Shown here in pieces: positions 28,116 to 37,459 of a stretch of 64,000 bases of DNA. The notes below the pieces were generated by a model, which was not told the origin of the DNA, did no database searches, and was given only the letters and a program-made list of their open reading frames with translations. The translations under genes were made by a program, and so were the position numbers. Every line of letters starts with the position of its first letter. Positions within the stretch are counted from its first letter, which is position 1. Source of the DNA: an uncultured delta proteobacterium (GTDB lineage: Bacteria; Desulfobacterota; Binatia; Binatales; Binataceae); assembly GCA_963711565.1 (NCBI GenBank), contig CAVQEQ010000004.1:576001-640000 (forward strand), given 5' to 3'.

Positions 28116-28700
28116 TCAGCGGACCGTGATTTCCACGCGCCGATTTCGCGGTTCCGCAACCTGATCGGCGGTCCGCACGGCAAGGTCCAACGAGCCGCGG
28201 CCCGCGACTGAAATCGATTTGGGACTGATTCCGTCGTGCACCAGCCGATCGCGAATCATTTCCGCGCGGCTCATCGAAAGCCGCTGATTGTGCGCTTGGG
28301 TGCCCATTGTGTCGGTATGCCCGATCACTTCGACCTCGTACACATTCCGGCGCTTGATGTCCTCGAACACACCCTGATACTGGCGCTGCGATTCCGGCGT
28401 CAAAGTGTCGCTGTCCCTCTCGAAGTAGAGCACGAAGTGGCTCGGCAGGATTGGCTGCGCGGCGAGCGCGTTGCCGAAAATCTGCTGGACCTGCGCCTGA
28501 TCGATCTTCACCGGCGCGGCGGCGCCTCCGCGCACCTCACCTGCGGCGTAGGGCTGATCCAGTACCACCGACTTCTGCCCGTCCTCGATCGTGACCGCAC
28601 CCGAGCTGCCGTCGGGATTGGGCAGCACGACGAACAGCGACTGTCGGCTCGAGCATGACGCCAGTAACAGAAGTGCCAGAACAAGTGAGATACGGCGCAT
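28116..28700 (-). CDS. OmpA-family lipoprotein
   Basis: Lipobox LASC; VIGHTD, NQRLSMSRA and NRRVEITVR motifs. Confidence 0.92.
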   Translation of the reverse strand: MRRISLVLALLLLASCSSRQSLFVVLPNPDGSSGAVTIEDGQKSVVLDQPYAAGEVRGGAAAPVKIDQAQVQQIFGNALAAQPILPSHFVLYFERDSDTLTPESQRQYQGVFEDIKRRNVYEVEVIGHTDTMGTQAHNQRLSMSRAEMIRDRLVHDGISPKSISVAGRGSLDLAVRTADQVAEPRNRRVEITVR

Positions 28701-28702
28701 GA

Positions 28703-29179
28703 TCAGCGGTTGTCTTTGACTTCGATTACAAACCTGGTGCCGCGCACGCCGAGCATCGCCGTCGGCGTTTTGACCTTCATCGCACCCGGCGTGCTCCGCG
28801 CGATATCGCCGGAGATCATCGAGACCGTGCCGCGGTTCATGTCGGTAAGCATCGAACCTTTGAAATTGCTCGAGTTGAATTTGTAGTCCTCGAGCACGAT
28901 CTCGCTGTTCGGCCCGCTCGACATCACGGTGTTGTCGATGAAGGTGACGCCGATCGAGCCGTCGCCGCCGGTTTCGATGGTGTCCTTCTCGTAGAGCGGA
29001 TCGCCGACTTTGGCGGCCGCGCTGGCGCCGTTGCGCACGATCTGAGCCTGCCCTGATACCGTCTTTATCTGCGCGACCTGCGAGTTGTCCGCGTTCGCCG
29101 CCGAGCGGGAGACGGCCATCATCGTCAGGATCAAGGTGATACCGGCTGCCGCGCGCGAAGCTCGATTTACGGGATTCAT
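28703..29179 (-). CDS. Exported stand-alone FecR-domain protein
   Basis: Signal peptide; DTIETGGDGSIGVTFIDNT...VKTPTAMLGVRGTRF. Confidence 0.88.
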   Translation of the reverse strand: MNPVNRASRAAAGITLILTMMAVSRSAANADNSQVAQIKTVSGQAQIVRNGASAAAKVGDPLYEKDTIETGGDGSIGVTFIDNTVMSSGPNSEIVLEDYKFNSSNFKGSMLTDMNRGTVSMISGDIARSTPGAMKVKTPTAMLGVRGTRFVIEVKDNR

Positions 29180-29299
29180 TTGGCCTCCTGCGATTCGGCG
29201 AGGAGACTATCGCCGCGCGGCTTCAGAAGCCAGCCGTGGCAACTGCGGCCAGAGGCCGATATTCTGGTCTGAGCCTGATTCAGGCAGGCCAGCTAACTG

Positions 29300-29728
29300 A
29301 TGCAATCCCGACTCATCATACGAGCCGATTCCGCCGCAATGCGCCAGATCGACGGCTTCGTCGCGTCGTTCGTCAGACAACAGGGAATCGCGGCCGATGA
29401 AGCAGCTCGGATTCTAATTCTGCTCGAAGAGTTGCTCACCAACCTGGTGAAGTATGGGTATCCGGATCGAGCGGAGCCCGGACAGGCCGAGATCGTCCTC
29501 GCGCTCGACGGCAGCCGGCTGCAAATCGAATTCATCGACGACGGCTGCGCGTTCGATCCCTTCGCAGCGCCGCCGCCCAATCTCGACGAGCCGGTCGAAG
29601 ACCGTCAGGTGGGCGGCCTCGGTCTCCACATCCTGCGTTCGCTGACCGACGAGGCGTGCTACGAACGCCGCAACGAAAAAAATGTGACTCGACTGTCTCG
29701 AGTGGTCGCATCGGCCAAGCTTCCCTGA
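29300..29728 (+). CDS. RsbW-like anti-sigma factor / Ser kinase (HATPase_c_2)
   Basis: LEELLTNLVKYG, IDDGCAFDP and GGLGLHIL motifs. Confidence 0.92.
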   Translation: MQSRLIIRADSAAMRQIDGFVASFVRQQGIAADEAARILILLEELLTNLVKYGYPDRAEPGQAEIVLALDGSRLQIEFIDDGCAFDPFAAPPPNLDEPVEDRQVGGLGLHILRSLTDEACYERRNEKNVTRLSRVVASAKLP

Positions 29729-29756
29729 CGGACGGCAGTCTCGGGCGGTCGCTCTA

Positions 29757-30185
29757 CTACCTGACCGTCAGCTTCACGGCTCTAGCCAACCGGCGCTGTC
29801 GCTCGTCGAAAGTGTGGAAGCTTGCTGCTCCGAGCGCCAATGCGGACGCGACGTGGATGATGTCCAGGGTCCGAGTGCCGAACGTCCTGGTCCACTTTTG
29901 TGCAAGCCCCCGCGCTTCCGCATAGACCTGATCCGGCATCGGTTTGATTGTCAGCACACCGGCGGCCACGTCGTCGCGAAACGCTGAGTATGCGGCGCGA
30001 GTCTTGGCCGCGGGCAGCTCACGGCGGAACAAGCGTAACTGCAGCGCGTTAGCGAATTCGAGATCGCCGAAAGACGTAACAGCCACGGGCAGGGCGATCC
30101 GCCGCATCCGGGAGGCCGCCTCGAGTGAGTTGGCATCGGGTGTGTAAAGGGAAACGAGGAAGCTGGTGTCCGCGTAGGCGCTCAA
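29757..30185 (-). CDS. vapC: VapC-family PIN toxin
   Basis: YADTSFLVSLY...LEFANAL...RTLDIIHVASAL...FHTFDERQ. Confidence 0.9.
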   Translation of the reverse strand: MSAYADTSFLVSLYTPDANSLEAASRMRRIALPVAVTSFGDLEFANALQLRLFRRELPAAKTRAAYSAFRDDVAAGVLTIKPMPDQVYAEARGLAQKWTRTFGTRTLDIIHVASALALGAASFHTFDERQRRLARAVKLTVR

Positions 30186-30424
30186 TAGCCGTTGCGCTCG
30201 CGGGCCAGCAGTTCCGCTCCGCTAACTTTGAGCATCTTCGCGCCGTAGATTGCGCGCAGACGGGCCATGAAGTCGGGACGATGATCGGGAGCATGCGAAG
30301 CCAACGGCATCAGATGTGCAATCACCCGCTTGCGCTTCGTGATCTCGATATTTTCGCCTTCCTGCAGAAGCCGCTCAACTTCAGAGAAACGATAGCGAAG
30401 ATCGCGCACACTGGCTTTTCTCAT
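30182..30424 (-). CDS. vapB: Phd/YefM-type antitoxin (VapB)
   Basis: MRKASVRDLRYRFSEVERLLQEGENIEITKRKRVIAHL; 4-bp overlap with vapC; inverted repeat TGTGATGC-N6-GCATCACA (30424-30445) at the start. Confidence 0.85.
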   Translation of the reverse strand: MRKASVRDLRYRFSEVERLLQEGENIEITKRKRVIAHLMPLASHAPDHRPDFMARLRAIYGAKMLKVSGAELLARERNGY

Positions 30425-30518
30425 GTGATGCATTGTAGCATCACACGTATTAACGTCCAAGATCCCGGAACAAACGGCTTGCCGACATTCCAACCGCATT
30501 CGTGCTACAAAATGCGCG

Positions 30519-30872
30519 ATGCGGTTCGAACGTCATCACGAAAAGTTGCTGCCGCGACGCTTGTTCCTGTGGCGGCTTGCGCGATGGTGCGCAGCCGCGG
30601 GCGCCGTGGTCGCAGCCTCTTTAGCCGTCGGCATCTGCGGCTACCATTATCTCGGCGGCCTGTCGTGGATCGATTCGCTGGTCAACGCGTCGATGATCCT
30701 GGGAGGCATGGGCCCGGTCGATACGATCAAGAGCAATGCGGGGAAAGTCTTCGCCTCGGTGTACGCGCTTTACAGCGGACTCGCGTTGATCGCGATAGTC
30801 GGACTCATGCTCGCACCGGTCCTGCATCGCGTGCTGCACATGTTCCACATCGACGACGGCGGGAAGAAATAG
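30519..30872 (+). CDS. Small two-TM membrane protein, ion-channel-pore-like
   Basis: TM-GYHYLGGLSWIDSLVNASMILGGMGPV-GKVFASVYALYSG-TM, resembling a two-helix channel domain with a non-canonical filter. Confidence 0.75.
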   Translation: MRFERHHEKLLPRRLFLWRLARWCAAAGAVVAASLAVGICGYHYLGGLSWIDSLVNASMILGGMGPVDTIKSNAGKVFASVYALYSGLALIAIVGLMLAPVLHRVLHMFHIDDGGKK

Positions 30873-30923
30873 ATCGAGGGCGGGCCGCTGTCGGACCGCC
30901 CTCGCATGGCTTTCAGTGCAATT

Positions 30924-31277
30924 TCAATAAGGAGCGCTGTGCGGCGACGCGACCGCTTTATCAACGTCGCTGAGTGGGAAATCCTGCCCACTCTGGAGCT
31001 TGGCCTGCAGGGCCTTAATCTCGTCAATCTTTTTGTCGTAGGTGGCCTGCGTCAACGGCTCCTGCGACCATCCCGCGCGCGCAATCTTGTCGTGCTTCTT
31101 CGCCTCAGCGAGCTTTTTCATCAGTGCGTCCTTGTCCGCCGGCGACAGGCTGGACGCCATCGCTTCGGTCGCCATAGCGGCCGGAGCGCCCTGCGCAAAC
31201 GACACCCCTTGCTGCAGCGGCGCACTTATCCCGGCCAACGCTACGAAAGCTGCGATCGCGGTCTTCCGCATGCCCAT
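30924..31277 (-). CDS. Small exported hypothetical protein
   Basis: Signal peptide (MGMRKTAIAAFVALAG...SFA); GGAAGGAG RBS upstream. Confidence 0.7.
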   Translation of the reverse strand: MGMRKTAIAAFVALAGISAPLQQGVSFAQGAPAAMATEAMASSLSPADKDALMKKLAEAKKHDKIARAGWSQEPLTQATYDKKIDEIKALQAKLQSGQDFPLSDVDKAVASPHSAPY

Positions 31278-31456
31278 AATTTCTCCTTCCTCCCGATGGT
31301 AGCGTCCGAATATTGGCCGCTCCAGCTTGTCTGTCCTGCCAAATCGACGTTACCGAAGCATTAACGGCGCGTTGACGAAGGATGAAATAGTGCGCCGATT
31401 GGCTTGCCGCAGCTATTGTGATACGTATCTAATTAGATTCTAGTCTAAGTAGTTGA

Positions 31457-32053
31457 GTGCAGGCGATGGATCCGCAACCACCCGAAATCATGCTCCAGTT
31501 TTGCAAGGCGATGGCCGACGAGAGCCGTCTCAAGATAGTCGGCCTGCTCTCGACCGCCGAGCACAGCGTCCAGCAGCTCGCGTCGATGCTCGAGTTGAAG
31601 GAACCGACCGTCTCGCATCACCTCGCGGTGCTGAAGCAGCTCGACCTCTTGCGGCTGCGCGCCGACGGCAACTTCCGCTGGTATCGCTTGAATGAAGAAG
31701 TGCTCGGAAAGATCAGCCGCGCCGTCTTCAGCCGCGACAGTATCGCCCGGCTGGCGGTATCGGCCGGCGCCCGCGGCTCGGAGCGAAAAATCCTCGACAA
31801 CTTTGTCGACGGCGAGCGTCTGCTGGAAATTCCGGTCAGTTACAAAAAGCGATTAGTGATCCTGAAGTGGCTGATCAATTTTTTCGCGCCCGGCATTAGC
31901 TACGCCGAGTCGCAGGTGAACGCAATCCTCAAGCCGCACCATCACGATTGCGCAACGCTGCGACGCGAAATGATCGGATGCGGGATGCTGGCGCGCGACA
32001 AGGGCATCTACCAGCGCAGACCGGAATCCGAATGGCGAACCGCCGTCAACTAG
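31457..32053 (+). CDS. ArsR/SmtB-family regulator with C-terminal DUF2087-like domain
   Basis: KAMADESRLKI...EPTVSHHLAVLK; C-terminal IPVSYKKRLVIL...YAESQVN...DCATLRREMI; inverted repeat CTAATTAGA-N6-TCTAAGTAG at 31429-31452. Confidence 0.88.
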   Translation: MQAMDPQPPEIMLQFCKAMADESRLKIVGLLSTAEHSVQQLASMLELKEPTVSHHLAVLKQLDLLRLRADGNFRWYRLNEEVLGKISRAVFSRDSIARLAVSAGARGSERKILDNFVDGERLLEIPVSYKKRLVILKWLINFFAPGISYAESQVNAILKPHHHDCATLRREMIGCGMLARDKGIYQRRPESEWRTAVN

Positions 32054-32128
32054 GTTCTCTTGTCGCGGAGAATCGGGTGCCGATCGGAACGCAATAGGTA
32101 AATTTGAACCCTTCTGCGAGAAGCGCAA

Positions 32129-32157
32129 TTGACATCCGCATCTTTCCGTTCTAATAC
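32129..32157 (+). promoter_or_regulatory. Sigma70-like promoter of DUF1329 copy 1
   Basis: TTGACA-17 bp-TAATAC. Confidence 0.75.
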
Positions 32158-32246
32158 CAGACACCCGGCGTGAAAAGGTTCACGCCGGGCGGCTATTTAC
32201 CCGGGCCAGAAGAGGGAAAAAAAAGTTCAGGGTTACGGAGGTTAGA

Positions 32247-33560
32247 ATGCAATTGGGGACTATGGGGATTCGCAAAACGTTAGTCGTCGGGGGCATCGCA
32301 TTGCTGGCCCTCGCGGCCTCGAGCTTGCCAGGGGAGGCAGGCGTCAAGCCCGGCGACTTCATCACTCCGGACAACGCGGCGCAGGTGAAGGATATTGTTT
32401 CACCGGGCGTTTACTACAAAGTGCAGCACGGGATGACGATGAAAATCGTGCCGACCGTGCGCGTCAACTGGCCGCCTCCTTACAAGGATGCGACCGAAAA
32501 GTATTCTTCGCAGGTCGAGCTCTCGAAGGATCATCGCACCGTTGTCGGCTATGTTGCCGGACAGCCGTTCCCGCTCATCGACGCCAACGATCCTGACGTC
32601 GCCACCAAAGTCATATGGAACAACGTGTTCCGCCCGATTCAGTCGGACGATTATGATCTCCGATATTTCGATTGCGACACCGTTTACACCGGCTACAACA
32701 AGCCCTTCTTTGAAATCGCCTACGGACAGCTCGGCCATTACGCCGGCTACAACCTCGTGGGCCGCACCGAAGTCGAGCCACTGCCGATCGATCCCGATTT
32801 CAAGACGACCAACCGCCTGTGGCTGTTCCTGCTGGGCCCCGAGCTCGCGCCCGAGGACTCCCGCGGCACCAGCCTGCTGCGCTATCGTTACGCCGAACCG
32901 ACTCATGGCGATGATACGTGGACCTGGCAGACCGGCTCGCGGCGTCTGCGCCGTCTGAACGAGTCGATCAATTCCACCGCGACCGGCGCGCAGACCTTCG
33001 ACCCAGATCACTATTCGGGGTTCAATCCCAAGACCGAACAGTACAATTACAAGTTCCTGGGCGAGAAGGAGATGCTCGCGACTGTTGACGCCGAGCATTC
33101 GCCGGAGATCCGGTGCACCACCGATGGCGGCGCCAGTGCATGCCCGGAGCGATGGCAGATGCGCCACATGTATATTGTGACGGCGGAGCCGCGGCGCAAC
33201 GTCAACAACGCCGAAGCGCTCGATTCCAAGACGGTCATCTACATGGATTCCGAAGTGTGGTTCGAACCGTACATCGACACCTACGATCGTCGCGGCGAGC
33301 TGTTCCGTAACCACATCTACTGGCTCGCGTATCGCGATCGTCCAGTGCCTGACGCGAAAGTCGCCATCTATCCTTTCAAGCGCGAATTCGTCGTCGGCGC
33401 CTCCTCTCAGGACGTCCAGAGTGGCGAAGATACGATGTGCTACCTGCCGGGCCTCGAGACGCCCGAGCGCGAATGCTGGTACATCAACATGGGCGCGGTG
33501 GACAAAGCGTTCTTCACTACTGAGGCGATGGTAAAGATGTCCGAAGTCGGCCACATGTAA
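32247..33560 (+). CDS. DUF1329-family exported protein, copy 1
   Basis: Signal peptide; VKPGDFITPDN, YKDATEKYS, GQPFP, KVIWN, DDTWTW...RRLRRL, YKFLGEKEML motifs typical of DUF1329. Confidence 0.85.
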   Translation: MQLGTMGIRKTLVVGGIALLALAASSLPGEAGVKPGDFITPDNAAQVKDIVSPGVYYKVQHGMTMKIVPTVRVNWPPPYKDATEKYSSQVELSKDHRTVVGYVAGQPFPLIDANDPDVATKVIWNNVFRPIQSDDYDLRYFDCDTVYTGYNKPFFEIAYGQLGHYAGYNLVGRTEVEPLPIDPDFKTTNRLWLFLLGPELAPEDSRGTSLLRYRYAEPTHGDDTWTWQTGSRRLRRLNESINSTATGAQTFDPDHYSGFNPKTEQYNYKFLGEKEMLATVDAEHSPEIRCTTDGGASACPERWQMRHMYIVTAEPRRNVNNAEALDSKTVIYMDSEVWFEPYIDTYDRRGELFRNHIYWLAYRDRPVPDAKVAIYPFKREFVVGASSQDVQSGEDTMCYLPGLETPERECWYINMGAVDKAFFTTEAMVKMSEVGHM

Positions 33561-33604
33561 CACGCGGCCGCTGAGCGAGTCGCCTCGCGATTCGTAACGC
33601 AACC

Positions 33605-33644
33605 ACGCCGGCAGGAGCATCCACTCCTGCCGGCGTTTTCTTTT
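33605..33644 (+). terminator. Intrinsic terminator after copy 1
   Basis: ACGCCGGCAGGAG-CATCCA-CTCCTGCCGGCGT followed by TTTCTTTT. Confidence 0.88.
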
Positions 33645-33758
33645 CCGTCACACCACCGGCGCCATTAGCGCGCGGCAATCTCGCCGCGGCGTCGCGAAGC
33701 TCCGGCTCTCTCGCTCCGATTGCGATCATTACCCTCCGCGCGATGCAAATCAGATTCA

Positions 33759-33787
33759 TTGACATCCGCATCTATGCGTCCTAATAC
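33759..33787 (+). promoter_or_regulatory. Sigma70-like promoter of DUF1329 copy 2
   Basis: TTGACA-17 bp-TAATAC. Confidence 0.75.
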
Positions 33788-33870
33788 CTGACTACATGGG
33801 GTGAAAGATTCACTCCGAAAGGTGTTTGGCCGAGGTGGGGAAAAACTTTAAGGCTCTCATGGAGGTTCGA

Positions 33871-35193
33871 ATGCTTGGGACATTGGGGAATCGTATAAGA
33901 AGCGTGAGCGTCGGGAGCATCGCATTGTTGGCCTTCATGGCCATGAGCCTGCCGGGGCAGGCAGGCGTCAAGCCCGGCGACTTCATCACTCCGGACAACG
34001 GGGCGCAGGTGAGAGATCTCGTTTCACCGGGCGTTTACTACAAAGTGCAGCACGGGATGACGATGAAAATCGTGCCGACCGTGCGCGTCAACTGGCCGCC
34101 TCCTTACAAGGATGCGACCGAAAAGTATTCTTCGCAGGTCGAGCTCTCGAAGGATCATCGCACCGTCGTCGGCTATGTCGCCGGACAGCCGTTCCCGCTC
34201 ATCGACGCCAACGATCCTGACGTCGCCACCAAAGTCATATGGAACAACGTGTTCCGCCCGATTCAGTCGGACGATTATGATCTCCGATATTTCGATTGCG
34301 ACACCGTTTACACCGGCTACAACAAGCCCTTCTTTGAAATCGACTACCTACAGCTCGGTCACTACGCCGGTTACGACCTCGTCGGCCGCACCGAAGTAGA
34401 GCCGCTGCCGACCGATCCGGACTTTAAGCACACCAACCGCCTGTGGCTGTTCCTGCTTGGTCCCGAGCTCGCGCCCCAGGACGCCCGCGGCACCAGCCTG
34501 CTGCGCTATCGCTACGCCGATCCCGGTCATGGCGACGATACCTGGACCTGGGAGACCGGCTCGCGGCGCCTGCGCCGTCTGAACGAGGCAATCAACTCGA
34601 GCGCGACCGGCGCGCAGACCTGGGATCCCGATCACTATTCGGGGTTCAATCCCAAGACCGAACAGTACAACTACAAGTTCCTCGGCGAGAAGGAGATGCT
34701 CGCGACGGTTGACGCCGAGCATTCGCCTGAAATGCGATGCGCCACCGACGGCGGCGCCAGCGCCTGCCCTGAGCGATGGCAGATGCGCCACATGTATATC
34801 GTGACTGCGGAGCCGCGACGCATTATGGGCGGTGAGGGTGCCTCGGCCGCCATCGATTCCAAGACGGTCATCTACATGGATTCTGAAATGTGGTTCGAGC
34901 CGTACATCGATACCTACGATCGCAAAGGTGAGCTGTTCCGCAACCACATCTACTGGCTCGCGTATCGCGATCGCCCGGTGCCTGACGCGAAAGTCGCGAT
35001 CTATCCTTTCAAGCGCGAATTCGTCGTCGGCGCCGCTTCCACCGATCTGCAGAGCACCGAGGCCACCATGTGCTACCTGCCCGGCATCGAGACGCCTGAG
35101 CGCGAATGCTGGTACATCAACATGGGCGCGGTGGATAAAGCGTTCTTCACCACCGAGGCAATGGTGAAGATGTCGGAAACCGGCCACATGTAA
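33871..35193 (+). CDS. DUF1329-family exported protein, copy 2
   Basis: Near-identical paralog of copy 1; ATG follows GGAGG. Confidence 0.85.
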   Translation: MLGTLGNRIRSVSVGSIALLAFMAMSLPGQAGVKPGDFITPDNGAQVRDLVSPGVYYKVQHGMTMKIVPTVRVNWPPPYKDATEKYSSQVELSKDHRTVVGYVAGQPFPLIDANDPDVATKVIWNNVFRPIQSDDYDLRYFDCDTVYTGYNKPFFEIDYLQLGHYAGYDLVGRTEVEPLPTDPDFKHTNRLWLFLLGPELAPQDARGTSLLRYRYADPGHGDDTWTWETGSRRLRRLNEAINSSATGAQTWDPDHYSGFNPKTEQYNYKFLGEKEMLATVDAEHSPEMRCATDGGASACPERWQMRHMYIVTAEPRRIMGGEGASAAIDSKTVIYMDSEMWFEPYIDTYDRKGELFRNHIYWLAYRDRPVPDAKVAIYPFKREFVVGAASTDLQSTEATMCYLPGIETPERECWYINMGAVDKAFFTTEAMVKMSETGHM

Positions 35194-35237
35194 CACGCGG
35201 CCGCAGAGCGAGTCGCCTCGCGATTCGTAACGGAACC

Positions 35238-35280
35238 ACGCCGGCAGGAGCATCCACCCCTGTCGGCGTTTTCTTTTCTT
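35238..35280 (+). terminator. Intrinsic terminator after copy 2
   Basis: Same hairpin family as at 33605, with a T tract. Confidence 0.82.
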
Positions 35281-35389
35281 TCGCGCAGTTCGCCGGTTCG
35301 CGCGTGGCGATCTCAGCCCCAGCATCGCGAGCTCGGCTTCATCGCCGCGATTGCGGACATTACCCTCCGCGCGATGCAAATTAGACTCA

Positions 35390-35418
35390 TTGACATTCAC
35401 ATCCAGCCGTCCTAATAC
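35390..35418 (+). promoter_or_regulatory. Sigma70-like promoter of DUF1329 copy 3
   Basis: TTGACA-17 bp-TAATAC. Confidence 0.75.
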
Positions 35419-35502
35419 CTGACTATATGGGGCGAAAGATTCATTCCGTAGAGTGTTTGGCCGAGGTGGGGAAAAAACTTTAAGGCTCTCATGGAGGTTC
35501 GA

Positions 35503-36825
35503 ATGCTTGGGACATTGGGGAATCGTATAAGAAGCGTGAGCGTCGGGAGCATCGCATTGCTGGCCTTCATGGCCATGAGCCTGCCTGGGGAGGCAGGCGT
35601 CAAGCCCGGCGACTTCATCACTCCGGACAACGGGGCGCAGGTGAGGGACCTCGTATCACCGGGCGTCTACTACAAAGTGCAGCACGGCATGACGATGAAG
35701 ATCGTCCCAACGCTGCGCGTGGATTGGCCGCCTCCCTACAAGGACGCCACCGAAAAATATTCTTCGCAGGTTGAGCTCTCGAAGGATCGTCGCACCGTCG
35801 TTGGCTATGTCGCCGGACAGCCGTTCCCCCTCATCGACGCGAACGATCCTGACGTCGCCACCAAGGTCGTGTGGAACAACGTGTTCCGCCCGATTCAGTC
35901 CGACGACTATGATCTCCGATATTTCGATTGCGACACCGTTTATACCGGCTACAACAAGCCCTTCTTTGAAATCGCCTACGGACAGCTTGGTCACTACGCC
36001 GGGTATGACCTCGTTGGCCGGACCGAAGTCGAGCCGCTGCCGACCGATCCCGATTTCAAGACGACCAACCGCCTGTGGCTGTTCCTGCTCGGTCCCGAGC
36101 TCGCGCCCGAGGACTCTCGCGGCACCAGCCTGCTGCGCTATCGTTACGCCGATCCGGCGCATGGCGACGATACGTGGACCTGGACGACCGGCGCGCGGCG
36201 TCTGCGCCGTCTGAACGAGGCAATCAACTCGAGCGCGACCGGCGCGCAGACTTGGGATCCCGATCACTATTCGGGCTTCAATCCCAAGACCGAACAGTAC
36301 AACTATAAGTTCTTGGGCGAGAAGGAGATGCTCGCGACGGTTGACGCCGAGCATTCACCTGAAATGCGATGCGCGACCGACGGCGGCGCCAGCGCCTGCC
36401 CGGAGCGATGGCAGATGCGCCATATGTATATCGTGACCGCCGAGCCGCGCCGCATTATGGGCGGTGAGGGTGCCGCGTCGGTGCTCGATTCCAAGACGGT
36501 CATCTACATGGATTCTGAAATGTGGTTCGAGCCGTATATCGATACCTACGATCGCAAAGGCGAGCTGTTCCGCAACCACATCTACTGGCTCGCATATCGC
36601 GATCGTCCGGTTCCTGACGCGAAAGTCGCCATCTATCCTTTCAAGCGCGAATTCGTCGTCGGCGCCGCTTCCACCGATGTGCAGAGCACCGAGGCCACCA
36701 TGTGCTACCTGCCCGGCATTGAGACGCCTGAGCGCGAATGCTGGTACATCAACATGGGCGCGGTGGATAAAGCGTTCTTCACCACCGAGGCGATGGTGAA
36801 GATGTCCGAAACTGGTCACATGTAA
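35503..36825 (+). CDS. DUF1329-family exported protein, copy 3
   Basis: Near-identical paralog; ATG follows GGAGG. Confidence 0.85.
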   Translation: MLGTLGNRIRSVSVGSIALLAFMAMSLPGEAGVKPGDFITPDNGAQVRDLVSPGVYYKVQHGMTMKIVPTLRVDWPPPYKDATEKYSSQVELSKDRRTVVGYVAGQPFPLIDANDPDVATKVVWNNVFRPIQSDDYDLRYFDCDTVYTGYNKPFFEIAYGQLGHYAGYDLVGRTEVEPLPTDPDFKTTNRLWLFLLGPELAPEDSRGTSLLRYRYADPAHGDDTWTWTTGARRLRRLNEAINSSATGAQTWDPDHYSGFNPKTEQYNYKFLGEKEMLATVDAEHSPEMRCATDGGASACPERWQMRHMYIVTAEPRRIMGGEGAASVLDSKTVIYMDSEMWFEPYIDTYDRKGELFRNHIYWLAYRDRPVPDAKVAIYPFKREFVVGAASTDVQSTEATMCYLPGIETPERECWYINMGAVDKAFFTTEAMVKMSETGHM

Positions 36826-36844
36826 CTGACGATTCCGACCGAAC

Positions 36845-36886
36845 AAACGCCGGCAGGAGCATCCACTCCTGCCGGCGTTTTCTTTT
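36845..36886 (+). terminator. Intrinsic terminator after copy 3
   Basis: AAACGCCGGCAGGAG-CATCCA-CTCCTGCCGGCGTTT followed by TCTTTT. Confidence 0.88.
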
Positions 36887-36919
36887 CCCTTGCGCGCGAA
36901 CGCCGCGATTCCCGCCGGC

Positions 36920-37438
36920 CTAGTGCAACAGCAGGTAAACGGCGCCGCCAATCAGCACCAGCACTCCCGGATTGACGTGGCGCCACAGCAGGATCCCGAA
37001 CACCACGACCGCGATCGCCAGTGTCTGCGGGTCAACGATCGAAAGCTTCGCGATCGCGTACGTTCCCGAGGTCATCAGGCCTATCGCCACCGGCGCCAGC
37101 CCGCGCTGAATCGACGTGCGCCACGGCCATCCGCCCAGGTGCACCCACCATCGATTGACGAACAGCGTGATGATGCAGTCGGGCAGAAAAAATCCGATTC
37201 CCACCACGATCATCCCGGCCCATCCCGCCAGCTGGTAACCGATCACGAGCACCATCAACATGTTCGGTCCCGGAGCGACTTGTCCGAGGCTGTAGATGTT
37301 GCGGAACTGCGCGTCGCTCAGCCAGTGAAACGTATGGACCGTCATGTGCTGCATCTCGGGCAGCACCGCCGTGCCGCCGCCGACCGCCAGCACGCCCAGC
37401 AGCGAGAAGACCAGGAACAGGTGTATCAATCGTGTCAT
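36920..37438 (-). CDS. Short-chain chromate transporter (CHR), second subunit
   Basis: LAVGGG...LGQVAPGPN...FFLP motifs. Confidence 0.9.
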   Translation of the reverse strand: MTRLIHLFLVFSLLGVLAVGGGTAVLPEMQHMTVHTFHWLSDAQFRNIYSLGQVAPGPNMLMVLVIGYQLAGWAGMIVVGIGFFLPDCIITLFVNRWWVHLGGWPWRTSIQRGLAPVAIGLMTSGTYAIAKLSIVDPQTLAIAVVVFGILLWRHVNPGVLVLIGGAVYLLLH

Positions 37439-37459
37439 GCGGCGTTGGATCTCAATTGG

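Noticed and set aside
30424-30445. TGTGA...TCACA as a CRP site
   Set aside because: Half-sites are 12 bp apart rather than 6; better explained as the vapBC operator.
32247-36825. Diversity-generating retroelement explanation for DUF1329 variation
   Set aside because: No reverse transcriptase in the window, and differences are not adenine-specific or confined to one short region.
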